Source: Macrostomum lignano
Taxonomy: Eukaryota
DNA: 64,000 bases
NCBI GenBank assembly: GCA_002269645.1
Contig: NIVC01000094.1
Coordinates: forward strand, 1,054,001 to 1,118,000
Reading direction: 5' to 3'
Shown: one piece after another, positions 1 through 10,028 of the stretch
Layout of the letters: every line of letters begins with the position of its first letter
Numbering within the stretch: position 1 is the first letter of the stretch
Translations under genes and position numbers: made by a program
The notes under the pieces: model-generated
What the model was told of the DNA's origin: nothing
The model's database searches: none
What the model saw: the letters and a program-made list of their open reading frames with translations, nothing else

Positions 1-13
1 TTATGCCGCGCAG

Positions 14-845
14 GTCAGGCGACGCGCTCTTTTATCAGTCGCTGCCGCAATCACTTCTGCGGCCGACGCCGACGACGAGGACGACAAGGATTGTGCCTCT
101 GAAAGTGTTGCGCCGCTAGACGTTACACGTCAGCTAAAATCCGCTGGCCGGTCGAAGTCCGACTGTAATCGCATTTACGTTCCACTCTCTGAGGAATTTC
201 CGACCCAGAAGGTAATGACGCATAAATCATTTGATTCCGTCGTTATTCTTATTATCCGAAATCTAATATTGTTTCACAGACAATATACAAGTTACAATGT
301 ACAGATTTATTATGCCCCACCTTTTCGGACGATCACAATACATACAGGTGCGAGCTATGGATCGTGCGTCAATCCTAACACAAATTGAGCAGTTGAAGCG
401 CTGCGAAGACGTTGACAAGTTGTCGAAACTTCGATGGAGCCTGCTCCGATTTTGTATTCGCGCTCTTTTTGAAAAAATAGAGCTGGAAGACACATCATTT
501 ACCGGCCGTAGCTCCGGGGAGAACACGCGAGTGGCGGCGGACCGCACCAGAATTGACGTCATTATCCAGCATCTGGATAATAACGGTGTCAAAGTGTCTC
601 GCGCCGAAATTCAGCGGGCCTACGCGGCATGCGTCGACGCCATTAACCAGGCAAAGAAGAGGGCGGGACACCCGTTAGAGAAACGTGAAGCGAAAGCGGC
701 CAAGCCTGCAAACAAGGCCGACAAAACGGCGGACGAGGCCGACAAAACGGCGGACGAGGCCGACAAAACGGCGGACGAGGCCGACAAAACGGCGGACGAG
801 GCCGACAAAACGGCGGACAAGGCCGACAAATCTGGTCCTGCCTGA
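14..845 (+). CDS. BEN-domain-like protein, 3' part (exons 14-211 and 348-845; 5' end probably outside the window)
   Basis: cag|GTC at 14, AAG|gtaatg at 211 and cag|GTG at 348 are all phase 0 and join into one frame. Exon 2 has LLRFCIRALFEKIELEDTSFTGRSSGENTRVAADRTRIDVIIQHL...SRAEIQRAYAACVDAINQAKKR, resembling the BEN pattern (L..LF...EL...S.TG......D..RI..I), followed by an (ADKTADE)n tail. Confidence 0.55.
716..828 (+). repeat. 21-bp in-frame coding tandem repeat (GGCCGACAAAACGGCGGACGA, ~5 copies)
   Basis: Read directly; encodes ADKTADE repeats just before the TGA. Confidence 0.95.
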
Positions 846-1430
846 TCTGGGAGAGGGTGGGAGTCACTTAAAACTGTTTTATAACAATTTTATCTACTTT
901 ATCGTACTTCCATATCATATGCATATTATTCATATTAAACTTTAAACATACTTCAGCATTTTTCTAAAATTTATACAAACGAACAATTTTCAACAAAGTA
1001 ATAATTTTTACAAACTAAAAGGTAAACGCCAATATAATTTTTCAAACTAATGGTACTGTAAAAAATAATATAGTAATTAAGCAGTCAACTTTAATTATAT
1101 TTTAAAACTTGCTACAACATTTAATTTTATAATTACAAACCGCAAAATCTTGAGTCAAACACTGTTAGTTTCTTACTTTGGTGAATATATATCGAGACCA
1201 AGATTGTTCCATTAATTCGAGCCATCATTGTCGGGTGAAAGTCGCGTAGCAGTTAGTCCGACTTGTGCAGATGAAAATCGGTGAAAATCGGAGTGAATCA
1301 CATCGTCATATTTATGCAGGTTTACACACCGCTGAAAGTCGGACTTATGCCTTATCGTCGGACTTATAAGGTATCTGGTGAATGTCGGAGTAGTTGTTAC
1401 GTTTTCTTAGAGAAATCGATGAGTCGTCGA

Positions 1431-1468
1431 TTTTGTCGGACCGACTTTTCTCTTTCGGTCCGACAAAA
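1431..1468. other. Perfect 14-bp inverted repeat (hairpin) with a 10-nt loop
   Basis: TTTTGTCGGACCGA (1431-1444) and TCGGTCCGACAAAA (1455-1468) are exact reverse complements. Confidence 0.9.
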
Positions 1469-1664
1469 ACCGGTGAGAATCGTACGAAGATGAATGTTAG
1501 TCCGAATTTCATCCGTTTTTTTATACTTTCATCTGCCTAAAATCGAGCCGACGACACCGACGTTCCAACAATATGAAAATCGGATGAAAATCGGCTTGAT
1601 TTTCCTCTTCTTTGAGTCAGTTAGTTTACGGTTGAAAGTCGGAGTTGGGTCCCAGCGGGTAGAA

Positions 1665-2148
1665 TCAAGCTGTGGGCTCCTCTTTCACTGCCCCCGATTC
1701 TCCATCCCCATTGAAGTCTATCAGCTGATTGTCTTCAACAGCAGACGAGTGCGAAGATGAAGCCGAGAGGCTGGTGTTGTAAAGTGAGTTTACTCACTGG
1801 TTTGTTTTGCTAGTCGGTGTTTGGGGGTCAAGGGATCCGATGTACATGCGCGCTCTGTTTGTATATGTACATGCGTTCTCGAGTAAATATAAGAATAGCT
1901 CCACCCTTTGGGTGAGGGTTTGAATTTTGTTTGTTGGACTAAACCTGACTGGCTTGTCTCTCGCTCACCACAGCTGGCACAGTTGGAGTACTTGGCAGCC
2001 AGGAGTTGCAGATCGGAGGAAACCCCACCCCGGCAGCCAGTTGACGAAGCGCAGCCAACTCGCGGCGCGCGGCTGCCAACTCCGATTGGAGGGCGGAGCA
2101 GCGCTGGCAAGCACCGCTGCTGGCGAGGGAAGTGGCTGAGCCTGAAAT
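1665..2148 (-). CDS. Possible exons of an unassigned gene (2148-1969, coiled-coil-like; 1770-1665, terminal-exon-like); junction unresolved
   Basis: GC-rich block bounded by ttcag| and |gtgagc, reading CQRCSALQSELAAARRELAALRQL. A second block after caccag| reads either LSASSSHSSAVEDNQLIDFNGDGESGAVKEEPTA* or PLGFIFALVCC*. The phases do not give the more protein-like join. Confidence 0.3.
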
Positions 2149-2175
2149 CTGAATTGTTGTTAGGAAGAGCATACT

Positions 2176-2553
2176 AGCCAATCAGAGTCGAGCACCAATC
2201 AGAAACCAACAAGACTGACCGAATTTGAGTATGGCAGTTTTCAGCCAATTAGAGACCAGCAAGACTGACCGAATTTGAATACGGCAGTTTTTAGCCAATC
2301 AGAGACGGGCAAGACTGACCGCATTTGAATATGGCAGTTTTCAGCCAATCAGAGACCAGCAAGACTGACCGGATTTGAATATGGCAGTTTTCAGCCAATT
2401 AGAGACCAGCAAGACTGACCGCATTTGAATACGGCAGTTTTCAGCCAATCAGAGACCAGCAAGACTGACCGCATTTGATTGAATATGGCATTTTTCAGCC
2501 AATCAGAGGCAAGCAAGACTGACCGGATTTGAATATGGCAGTACTGAGCCAAT
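2176..2553. repeat. ~50-bp minisatellite (~7 copies) carrying AGCCAATCAGAG
   Basis: Unit AGCCAATCAGAGACCAGCAAGACTGACCGAATTTGAATATGGCAGTTTTC read directly. Confidence 0.95.
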
Positions 2554-2938
2554 TAATTAGCGATGATCAAGGATGACAGTGTAGCATCTGGACTTAAGAT
2601 ACCTAGAAACAACTTATTTTAGTATAGTGGATAAATACAATAAAAAACAAAACGATTTAAAAAAAACTTTGAAATAGCTGATAATAATTACTTCACTTTC
2701 AGTTTTATTTTACAACAGAAAGGCTTCACTGGAAGAGGCAGACTATAAAAGCATTTGGATCCCAGAACTAGAACTTTGCTAATTATTAGTACATACGAGT
2801 ACTACTAACAATAGAACATGTCCAGCAAGCACTTCAGAAAGATGAAATTAACTATCAGCATGAAAAAAATTCAACAGGATAAAAACATAAACCAAATAGG
2901 GTGAGATCTAAGACGCATCCTTCTGCATTAGTTTTTAA

Positions 2939-3262
2939 GCCTCTGATTGGCTAGAAACTACGATCTTCTGATCCACGCCTCTGATTGGCTAGAAACTACG
3001 ATCTTCCGATCCCCGCCTCTGATTGGCTAGAAACTACGATCTTCCGATCCCCGCCTCTGATTGGCTAGAAACTACGATCTCCTAATGCCTGACTCTGATT
3101 GGCCAGAGGCTACGATCTCCCAATCCCCGACTCTGATTGGCTAGAAGCTACGATCTCCCAATCCCCGTCTCTAATTGGCTAGAAACTACGATCTCCCCAC
3201 CCCGGATTGGCTAGAAACTACGATCTCCCCACCCCTGATTGGCTAGAAACTACGATCCCCAC
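2939..3262. repeat. ~39-bp minisatellite (~8 copies) carrying CTCTGATTGGCT
   Basis: Unit CTCTGATTGGCTAGAAACTACGATCTCCCAATCCCCGC; lies directly after the COA7 stop. Confidence 0.95.
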
Positions 3263-3268
3263 CCGAAG

Positions 3269-3991
3269 TCAGCTAGCCGAAGTTTTCCCCGACGCGGACT
3301 CAGCAGCCGCCGAGGCCCGCAGTTGCTCGCCCATTGCCCGAAACCGATTGGCCAGAGCTTCATCTCTCGGGCCGCAGTCGCCTCTGGCGTAGGCCGTGGC
3401 CGCGTTGAAGCAGCCGTTGGCGTAGCCCAGCTCGCAGGCGCGCACGGCAAAGCGCAGCGACTCCGGCAGATCGCGCGGCTTATCCGGCGCTTCAATCATG
3501 TGCAGGGCGGACAGGTGAAAGCAGGCGGCGCCGTAGTCGGCCCGACAGGCCTTGTCGAAAGCCTCCAGAGCGCCCGGCAGGTTGGGCGCGTGACTGGCCA
3601 GGGCTTTGGCGTCGATGACGCCCAGACCGAAGCAGCCGGTCGGGCTGTCCAACTCGTGGCAGGCTCGGCTGTAAAATCGGCGCGCCGCGTGGCAGTCCCT
3701 GGCGGCGCCGCCGAGGCCGCGCAGTCGCGCGTTGCCCAGCCGCAGGCAGCTGTCGGCGTGGCGCAACGAGCCGCAGGCGTCGGCAAGCAGGCCGAGGGCC
3801 TCCTCGCGAGGCTCCTTGGCGCGCTGCTGCAGGAGGGCGTCAGCCAGGTGGTAAGCGGACTGACCGGCTGCGGCCAGCCTGCTGGCGTCGCTGCTGCCGC
3901 CTTCCACGCGCCGTCGGGCCTCGGCGTAGATGGAGCGCAGCTCCTCCAGCGACTCAGTTGGCGCCGACTGCGTGTGAGGTGTCGGCGACTT
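3269..3991 (-). CDS. COA7: Cytochrome c oxidase assembly factor 7 (Sel1-repeat protein); single coding exon starting at a splice acceptor, no in-frame ATG
   Basis: Cys-rich Sel1-like repeats (HADSCLRLG, FYSRACHELDSPTGCFGLG, AFDKACRADYGAACFHLS, FAVRACELGYANGCFNAA, GDCGPRDEALA) match the COA7 layout. Acceptor tgtcgcag|AAG at 3991 is phase 0; in-frame TAG upstream at 4033-4031. Confidence 0.8.
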   Translation of the reverse strand, partial: KSPTPHTQSAPTESLEELRSIYAEARRRVEGGSSDASRLAAAGQSAYHLADALLQQRAKEPREEALGLLADACGSLRHADSCLRLGNARLRGLGGAARDCHAARRFYSRACHELDSPTGCFGLGVIDAKALASHAPNLPGALEAFDKACRADYGAACFHLSALHMIEAPDKPRDLPESLRFAVRACELGYANGCFNAATAYARGDCGPRDEALANRFRAMGEQLRASAAAESASGKTSAS

Positions 3992-4131
3992 CTGCGACAA
4001 ATTGGTTACTTGCTGATGATTGGCGCGGCTCTAATCTAGTAGCTTGGCAGCTCTAATCTTATCTGATGTCTCTAATCTTATGAGTAAAAACAAGCCTAAA
4101 TTAAAGATTAGATGAACACGGGTCTATTGAC

Positions 4132-4425
4132 ATATCTAATCTCATGGGTAAGCAGGAGTCTGAAAGATCTAATCTCATGGGTAAACAGCAATCTAATGGC
4201 AGAGCTAATCTCATTGGTAAACAGCAATCTAATGGCAGATCTAATCTCATAGGTGAACAGCAATCTAATGGCAGATCTAATCTCATAAGTAAACAGCAAT
4301 CTAATGGCAGATCTAATCTTATAGGTAAACAGCAATCTAATGGCAGATCTAATATCATAGGTAAAGAGCAATCTAATGGTAGATCTAATCTCATAGGTAA
4401 ACAGCAATCTAATGGCAGATCTAAT
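4132..4425. repeat. 36-bp minisatellite, left part (interrupted by the LTR element)
   Basis: Unit ATCTAATCTCATAGGTAAACAGCAATCTAATGGCAG. Confidence 0.95.
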
Positions 4426-4699
4426 TGTTGGGCCTAGTGCGTGGGGTTGGGGTGCGCTTTTACTCCGTGTATTGTTTGTGTTCTTAACTCTGTGCGTGTA
4501 CTCATGGTCCGTGGCTCACGCTTTTTGCACGTCTCTGCTTTATCGTGATTTTAATGTACGTTGTTGGTGTTTTAGCCCTGGGGTGGGGGTGGCTACTATT
4601 GAACCTCGCTTGTAATAAATCGTATCGTTGGTTGTCGGTGCTCTTGGCACTTTCGTCTTGTCTCGCATACTCTCAGCTCATGACTTGTTCATTTCAACA
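4426..4699 (+). repeat. 5' LTR (274 bp)
   Basis: TGTTGG...TCAACA; matches the 3' LTR apart from 6 substitutions and a 34-bp extra segment before AATAAA (hand alignment). Confidence 0.97.
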
Positions 4700-4702
4700 T
4701 TT

Positions 4703-4720
4703 TGGCGTCGCGAGCAGGAT
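4703..4720 (+). promoter_or_regulatory. Primer-binding site, probably tRNA-Ser
   Basis: TGGCGTCGCGAGCAGGAT; its reverse complement ATCCTGCTCGCGACGCCA resembles a tRNA 3' end with a G discriminator, as in tRNA-Ser. Confidence 0.75.
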
Positions 4721-4726
4721 CTACAG

Positions 4727-7700
4727 ATGTCTATAAAGCTACGAGACTCACTGCCTCTCAACAACATTGAAGAGTTGCGGGCATGGATCGAGGTCTTTGA
4801 CGCCCAGGCGCGATCAAAAGGAGTGAAGGACACCGATCGCACTGATGACACAGCCGGCAATCTGGCGTTGACCGATGCCTTCCTTGGCTGCCTTGGCGTG
4901 GCACAGCTCATCAAAGTGAAGCAGCTGGTCGCGCCCAAACCGCTCTCGCAGATGAAGTGGGCGGAAATCAAGGAGTGCCTCGTGAGGTTTCTGGAGCCCA
5001 AGAAGAGGCTGTTGATTGCCGAGAGAGCGGCTTTCATGTCCATGCGCCAAGGAGACGGCGAGACGGTTGCCGGCTTCGCTGCCCGACTTCAAGAGCAGGC
5101 GGTGGTGTGCGAATTCGAGAAGCTGAAGGGCGAGAATGTTGATCCAGCTGAGCAGCTGATCAAAATGCGCCTCATCGCCGGTCTCAGCAACCAGGAGGTC
5201 CGGAGCAAGGTTCTCGAGCGCGAAGTCTCCGCAGAGCTCTCGGTGAGCCAGATCACCGAGTACGTGCAGCAACTTCAGATGGTGAGCAAATTTTCGTTCG
5301 GGCCACTGACTGCTCCGGCCAAGCTGAAGGAGACTCGGCGGTGCATCAGGCATCGCCCGCTAGCCAGGAGGTGCCAGAAGAGGATTCTGCTGGTGCCAAT
5401 AGCATCAACGCGGCTGAGATGGTGAGGCCCAGAGCCGGTGGAGGCCAGAGCTGCCAGCGCTGCGGCCAGGCGCAACATAGCAGACCGACAGACTGCCGGG
5501 CCCTGAAGGTCACCTGTCACAAGTGCGGGAAGACTGGCCACTTCGCGAAGGTCTGCCGGAGTGCCAGGAACCACTTTGTCGCACCCAACGAATCCAAGCA
5601 CTCTGACTCAGCCGTGACCAGAGACGAGCCGGTTTTCTACTGCGGTGCGGGCACCCCTGCTGCACTCTGCGATGTGAAAATCAACAGAAGGCAGGTCAAA
5701 ATGGAAAAGGACAGCGGCGCCTCGTGCTCACTAATCTCGAGAAAGATCTGGGAAGAACTCGGCAGGCCGCCACTGAAGTCGCCCAAGTCTCGGATGCTGG
5801 CCTACGACGGGCACGTGATGAAGCAGCTCGGCATCCTGGAGTGTCTGGAGACTGGCGGCCCTGATGGCCGCTTCGCTGCGGCGGAGCTGCCCGTCATCGA
5901 ATGCGAGCAGAATTTCGGGTTGCTCGGCCGGGATCTGCTCAGCTCGCTGCCAGCTCACCACTCAGATGAGGCCAAGCCGCCCAGCAACAACAGGTACGAG
6001 AGCTTGTTGGGCATCAAGGGAGCAGTTGGCGAGATCCTGTTGAAGGCGGGAGCCAGGCCGATTTTCCAACCAGCCAGAGAGCTGCCGCTGGCGCTGCGTC
6101 CACTGGTGAAGAAGGAGCTGGACCTGATGGAGAAGGCGGGCATAGTTGAGAAGGTGACGTCCTCAGAGTGGGGCAGCTCCATAGTGGTGACGGTGAAATC
6201 CGACAAGATGTCTGTGAGGATCTGCGGAGACTACACTGCTGTCAATCATTGGGTGCAGGACCAGACGTACTTGACTCCGTCCGTCGAGACAGCCTTCTCA
6301 AAGATGGGAAACAAGAAGTTGTTCTGCCGACTGGATTTATCTGACGCTTATTATCAGGTTCCGCTGGAAAATGAGTCAAAAGACATCACCACGATCAACA
6401 CCCCTTTCGGCTGCTACCGCTTTAACAGGCTGCCGTACGGCATCAGGTTTCTCCGTCTGTGTTCCAGCGCGAGATGGAGAAGCTGCTGGGTGAGCACCCA
6501 AGTGTACCAGGATGATGTGCTCATGGGAGCGGTGTCAAAGGCGGAGCTGCAGAATATCAGAGAGAAGGTGCTGGACAAGCTGAGGGCAGCTAATGTGAAA
6601 ATCAACGAAGCGAAGTGCATTTTGGAGGCCAGAAGCCTAAAGTTCCTGGGCCACATCATCGATGAAGAGGGGATCAAGCCGGATCCGGGAATGGTGCAGA
6701 AGATTCAGGATGTGGAGGCTCCAAAAAGCAAGAAGGATCTAGAGCGGTTTCTGGGCTTGGCGCAGTTCTATGGTCGGTTGGTTCGCAACTTTGCTGAGAA
6801 GTGTCGGCCTCTGCAGGAACTTCGTCGAGCGGACCGTGTGTTTGACTGGAGTGCGGCTGCCGAGGCAGCGTTCACCAATGTGAAGCAGAGCCTGAGCTCG
6901 AATCCGTGTGTGAAACCGTTTGACGTCAACTCGCCGGTGTGTCTGCGGGTGGATGCTAGCGAGCAGTCTCTGGGCGCTGTGCTGGTGCAGTCAGGGCACC
7001 CAGTCATGTACCTCTCTCGGGCGCTGACCAAGTCTGAGGCCAACTACTCCAACATTGAGCGGGAGGCTCTGGCCATTGTCTGGGCGGTGGAGCGAGCCCG
7101 CAAGATGCTCCTGGGGAAGAGGTTCACGCTCCAGACTGACCACGAGCCACTGAAGTACATCTTCAATCCCAGCAAGAACCTTCCTAAAACAGTGTCGGCA
7201 AGACTAACTCGCTGGGCCCTGTATGTGCCAGGAAGACTGATGGTGGATGCGGATGCCTTATCTCGTTTGAGTTTTGCTGCCCAAGACCCTCCAAGTGACG
7301 CCGTGCACCAGCTGGAGCATGAAGAGGTCGTGTCAGAAGGAGCTCTTGTGACTCTGCAGGATCTTCGTGAGGGAACCAGGATGTGCGCGTTGATGAAGCG
7401 GCTGCAGCAGAGGATCAGAACAGGCCGGTGGGGCCAGGTGTCGCAGGTGGAGAGGCTGTACAAAGCGTGCCGGGAGGCGCTGTCGGTGGAAGACGGTCTG
7501 GTGATCCACGGAACCAGAATTGTGCCCCCACCTGTTCTCCGCAGGCGCATTCTGGAGGTGGCGCACGACGAGGTGCATCCGAGCAACGACAACACCAAGG
7601 CGCACATCTCCAAGGAGTTCTGGTGGCCGGGTCTCGATCGCGATGTTCGCAGCTTTGTGGAGCGCTGCCAGCAGTGCTCAGAAACTCGGCCAGTCCTGCA

Positions 7701-8544
7701 GCGGAGAATCGACACCTGGCCAGCCGAGAGTGAGCCGTGGTCCCGGGTTCACATGGACCATTGTGAGATTTCTGGTGTCGGCCTGCTACTGCTACTGTCG
7801 GACTCCTACTCCGGGTGGCCTGAGGCGATTCAGGTGCCAGACCGAACTGCGGACAGTGTCCTGCGGGTTCTGAGAGCGGTATTTGCCAGGAACGGAGTGC
7901 CTCGGACGCTGGTGTCGGACAATGCGCCGGAGTTCAAGTCGGAGAAAGTGTCCCAGTGGCTGCGCAGCATCGGGTGCCAGGAGCTGCACACTCCACCGTA
8001 CCATCCGGCCTCGAACGGTCAGGCAGAAAGGCTGGTGAGGATCATCAAGGATAGACTCAAGGCGTGGACGAAGATGGTGCCGTTCGATCACTTCCTGCAG
8101 AAACTGCTGCTGACGATCAGGACCAGCCGGCCCAGTGGAAATTGAGCGGCATCTCCGGACGTTCTGATGTGGGGTCGTCGCCTTCGCCACCCGCTAACCA
8201 TGACTGAGTAGGTGGGCGATCCAATCTGGCTGAGGATGCGTCCGGGATTTTCGCCGGTTCCGGCCAAGTTCGTGGTGCAGCACGGCCAGAACACGGCGCT
8301 GGTAGCCCCTGCGGACCAATCGGACGGCGGCCTGCGGCTGGCGCACTCGAATCAGTGGACCGGCCGGCCGAGTGCGCCTGGGTCGCCTGAGGGGGCCAAA
8401 CCTGAGGCGGAGTTGCCGGAGCAGCTTCCTGGCGCAATGGTTGAGCACCTTCCTGATCCGGAACCAACGGTGGCGCCAATGAACAGTGGCCAGCGAGAGC
8501 CGTACGAGCTTCGGCCTTGCCAGCCTGTCTGCTTTAAAGTATAG
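4727..8544 (+). pseudogene. Disrupted gag-pol polyprotein
   Basis: ATG at 4727. Motifs: CHKCGKTGHFAKVC knuckle, DSGAS protease, LDLSDAYYQ/YQDD RT, VDAS/YSNIEREALA RNase H, H..H..C..C and HMD/SDN/NGQAE integrase. Lesions: frameshift near 5310-5340, a compensated frameshift pair near 6450-6505, an apparent ~10-codon deletion in RNase H (RWALYVPG), in-frame stops at 8143 and 8209. Confidence 0.9.
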
Positions 8545-8607
8545 TGACTCTTTGTGACTGTACTTGACTCTGATTTTGTTCTTGTGGTTTCAGTCTTTGT
8601 TTGCTTT

Positions 8608-8621
8608 GGCGGGGGGGGCAG
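8608..8621 (+). promoter_or_regulatory. Polypurine tract
   Basis: GGCGGGGGGGGCAG directly before the 3' LTR. Confidence 0.8.
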
Positions 8622-8861
8622 TGTTGGGCCTGGTGCGTGGGGTTGGGGTGCACTTTTACTCCGTGTATTGTTTGTGTTCTTAACTCTGTGCGTGTACTCA
8701 TGGTCCGTGGCACACGCTCTTTGCACGTCTCTGCTCTATCGTGATTTTAATGTACATTGTTGGTGTTTTAGCCCTAATAAATCGTATCGTTGGTTGTCGG
8801 TGCTCTTGGCACTTTCGTCTTGTCTCGCATACTCTCAGCTCATGACTTGTTCATTTCAACA
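8622..8861 (+). repeat. 3' LTR (240 bp)
   Basis: Matches the 5' LTR but lacks its 34-bp segment. Confidence 0.97.
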
Positions 8862-9135
8862 CTAATCTCATAGGTAAACAGCAATCTAATGGCAGATCCA
8901 ATCTCATTGGTAAACAGCAATCTAATGGCAGATCCAATCTCATTGGTAAACAGCAATCTAATGGCAGATCAATCTCATTGGTAAACAGCAATCTAATGGC
9001 AGATCCAATCTCATTGGTAAACAGCAATCTAATGGCAGATCTAATATAATAGGTAAACAGCAATCTAATGGCAGATCTAATCTCATAGGTGTACGGCAGT
9101 CTAATCGCAGATCTAATCTCATAGGTAAATTGGTG
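8862..9135. repeat. 36-bp minisatellite, right part
   Basis: Same unit as 4132-4425, resuming in register after the TSD. Confidence 0.95.
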
Positions 9136-9650
9136 CACCTGAAGCAATCTAATTTAATATTAAAACTTTAAATGGAACCACAAGGAAAAGTCATTGACCT
9201 CATAATTATGAAAATCGCAAAGTTTATTAAAACAATGTAAAAATCTAATTAAGAAGTGAACCTTCGAATGTACATGTATTGTACTGAGTTTAAGGCATTG
9301 TTTAGCATGGTGTACAACAGGCATTTAGGCCAACTTTAAAACCTCGCACAGCATAATTTAATGACTGGAGTAAAATGTCAATAAGGAATCGGTGATTTAA
9401 AAGTAAAGCAAATTTATAATCTGCCATATTCAAAGTATATGGATAAACACTTCCAAAGGGCCAATGGAAGCGTTCTTAATAATATAATATAATGATTATA
9501 GCTGTTTATATCTCCACGCATTATTGATAGTTAATTGTGTAATGATTGAGCGCAATTTTAATGCTACAATACATACATATACTACTCATACCGTAGGGAA
9601 GTAAGTAGCTGCAACCATCTTTCAGTAGCTTTGTTTGACATCAACTGGCA

Positions 9651-9900
9651 TAGCTACTGACACTATAACTGACACAGCTACTGACACTATAACTGACACA
9701 GCTACTGACACTTTAACTGACACAACTACTAACACTATAACTGACACAGCTACTGACACTTTAACTGACACAACTACTGACATTATAACTGACACAGCTA
9801 CTGACACTTTAACTGACCCAGCTACTAACACTTTAACTGACACAGCTACTAACACTTTAACTGACACAGCTACTGACACTATAACTGACACAGCTACTGC
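9651..9900. repeat. 24-bp minisatellite (GCTACTGACACTATAACTGACACA)
   Basis: ~10 tandem copies read directly. Confidence 0.95.
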
Positions 9901-10028
9901 CTGGCACAGCTTCTGTAATAGCTTCACATAAAGCACAGCTTCTGTAACAGTTTCACATAAAACTGACACTAAAGCTGCATCATTTGAAATCGAATATCAT
10001 CTACAAACGGCTACAAACAGTTAGCAAA

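Larger units (their letters stand above)
4426..8861 (+). mobile_element. Ty3/Gypsy LTR retrotransposon (Mag-like), both ends intact but coding-defective; 5-bp TSD CTAAT
   Basis: TG...CA LTRs at 4426-4699 and 8622-8861, TSD CTAAT at 4421-4425 and 8862-8866, PBS and PPT present, domain order gag-CCHC-PR-RT-RNaseH-IN. Confidence 0.97.

Noticed and set aside
3239-4039. Plus-strand 266-aa ORF, and similarly 36488-37429 and other antisense ORFs
   Set aside because: Shadow frames opposite GC3-rich genes, with no recognisable motifs.
5300-5345. Programmed gag-pol ribosomal frameshift
   Set aside because: The shift lies upstream of the gag zinc knuckle, no slippery heptamer is visible, and the element has several other lesions; a mutation or sequencing indel is more likely.
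4426-8861. All 6 LTR substitutions fall in the 5' ~154 bp, suggesting template switching or conversion
   Set aside because: Chance of this is roughly (154/240)^6, about 0.07, too weak to claim.
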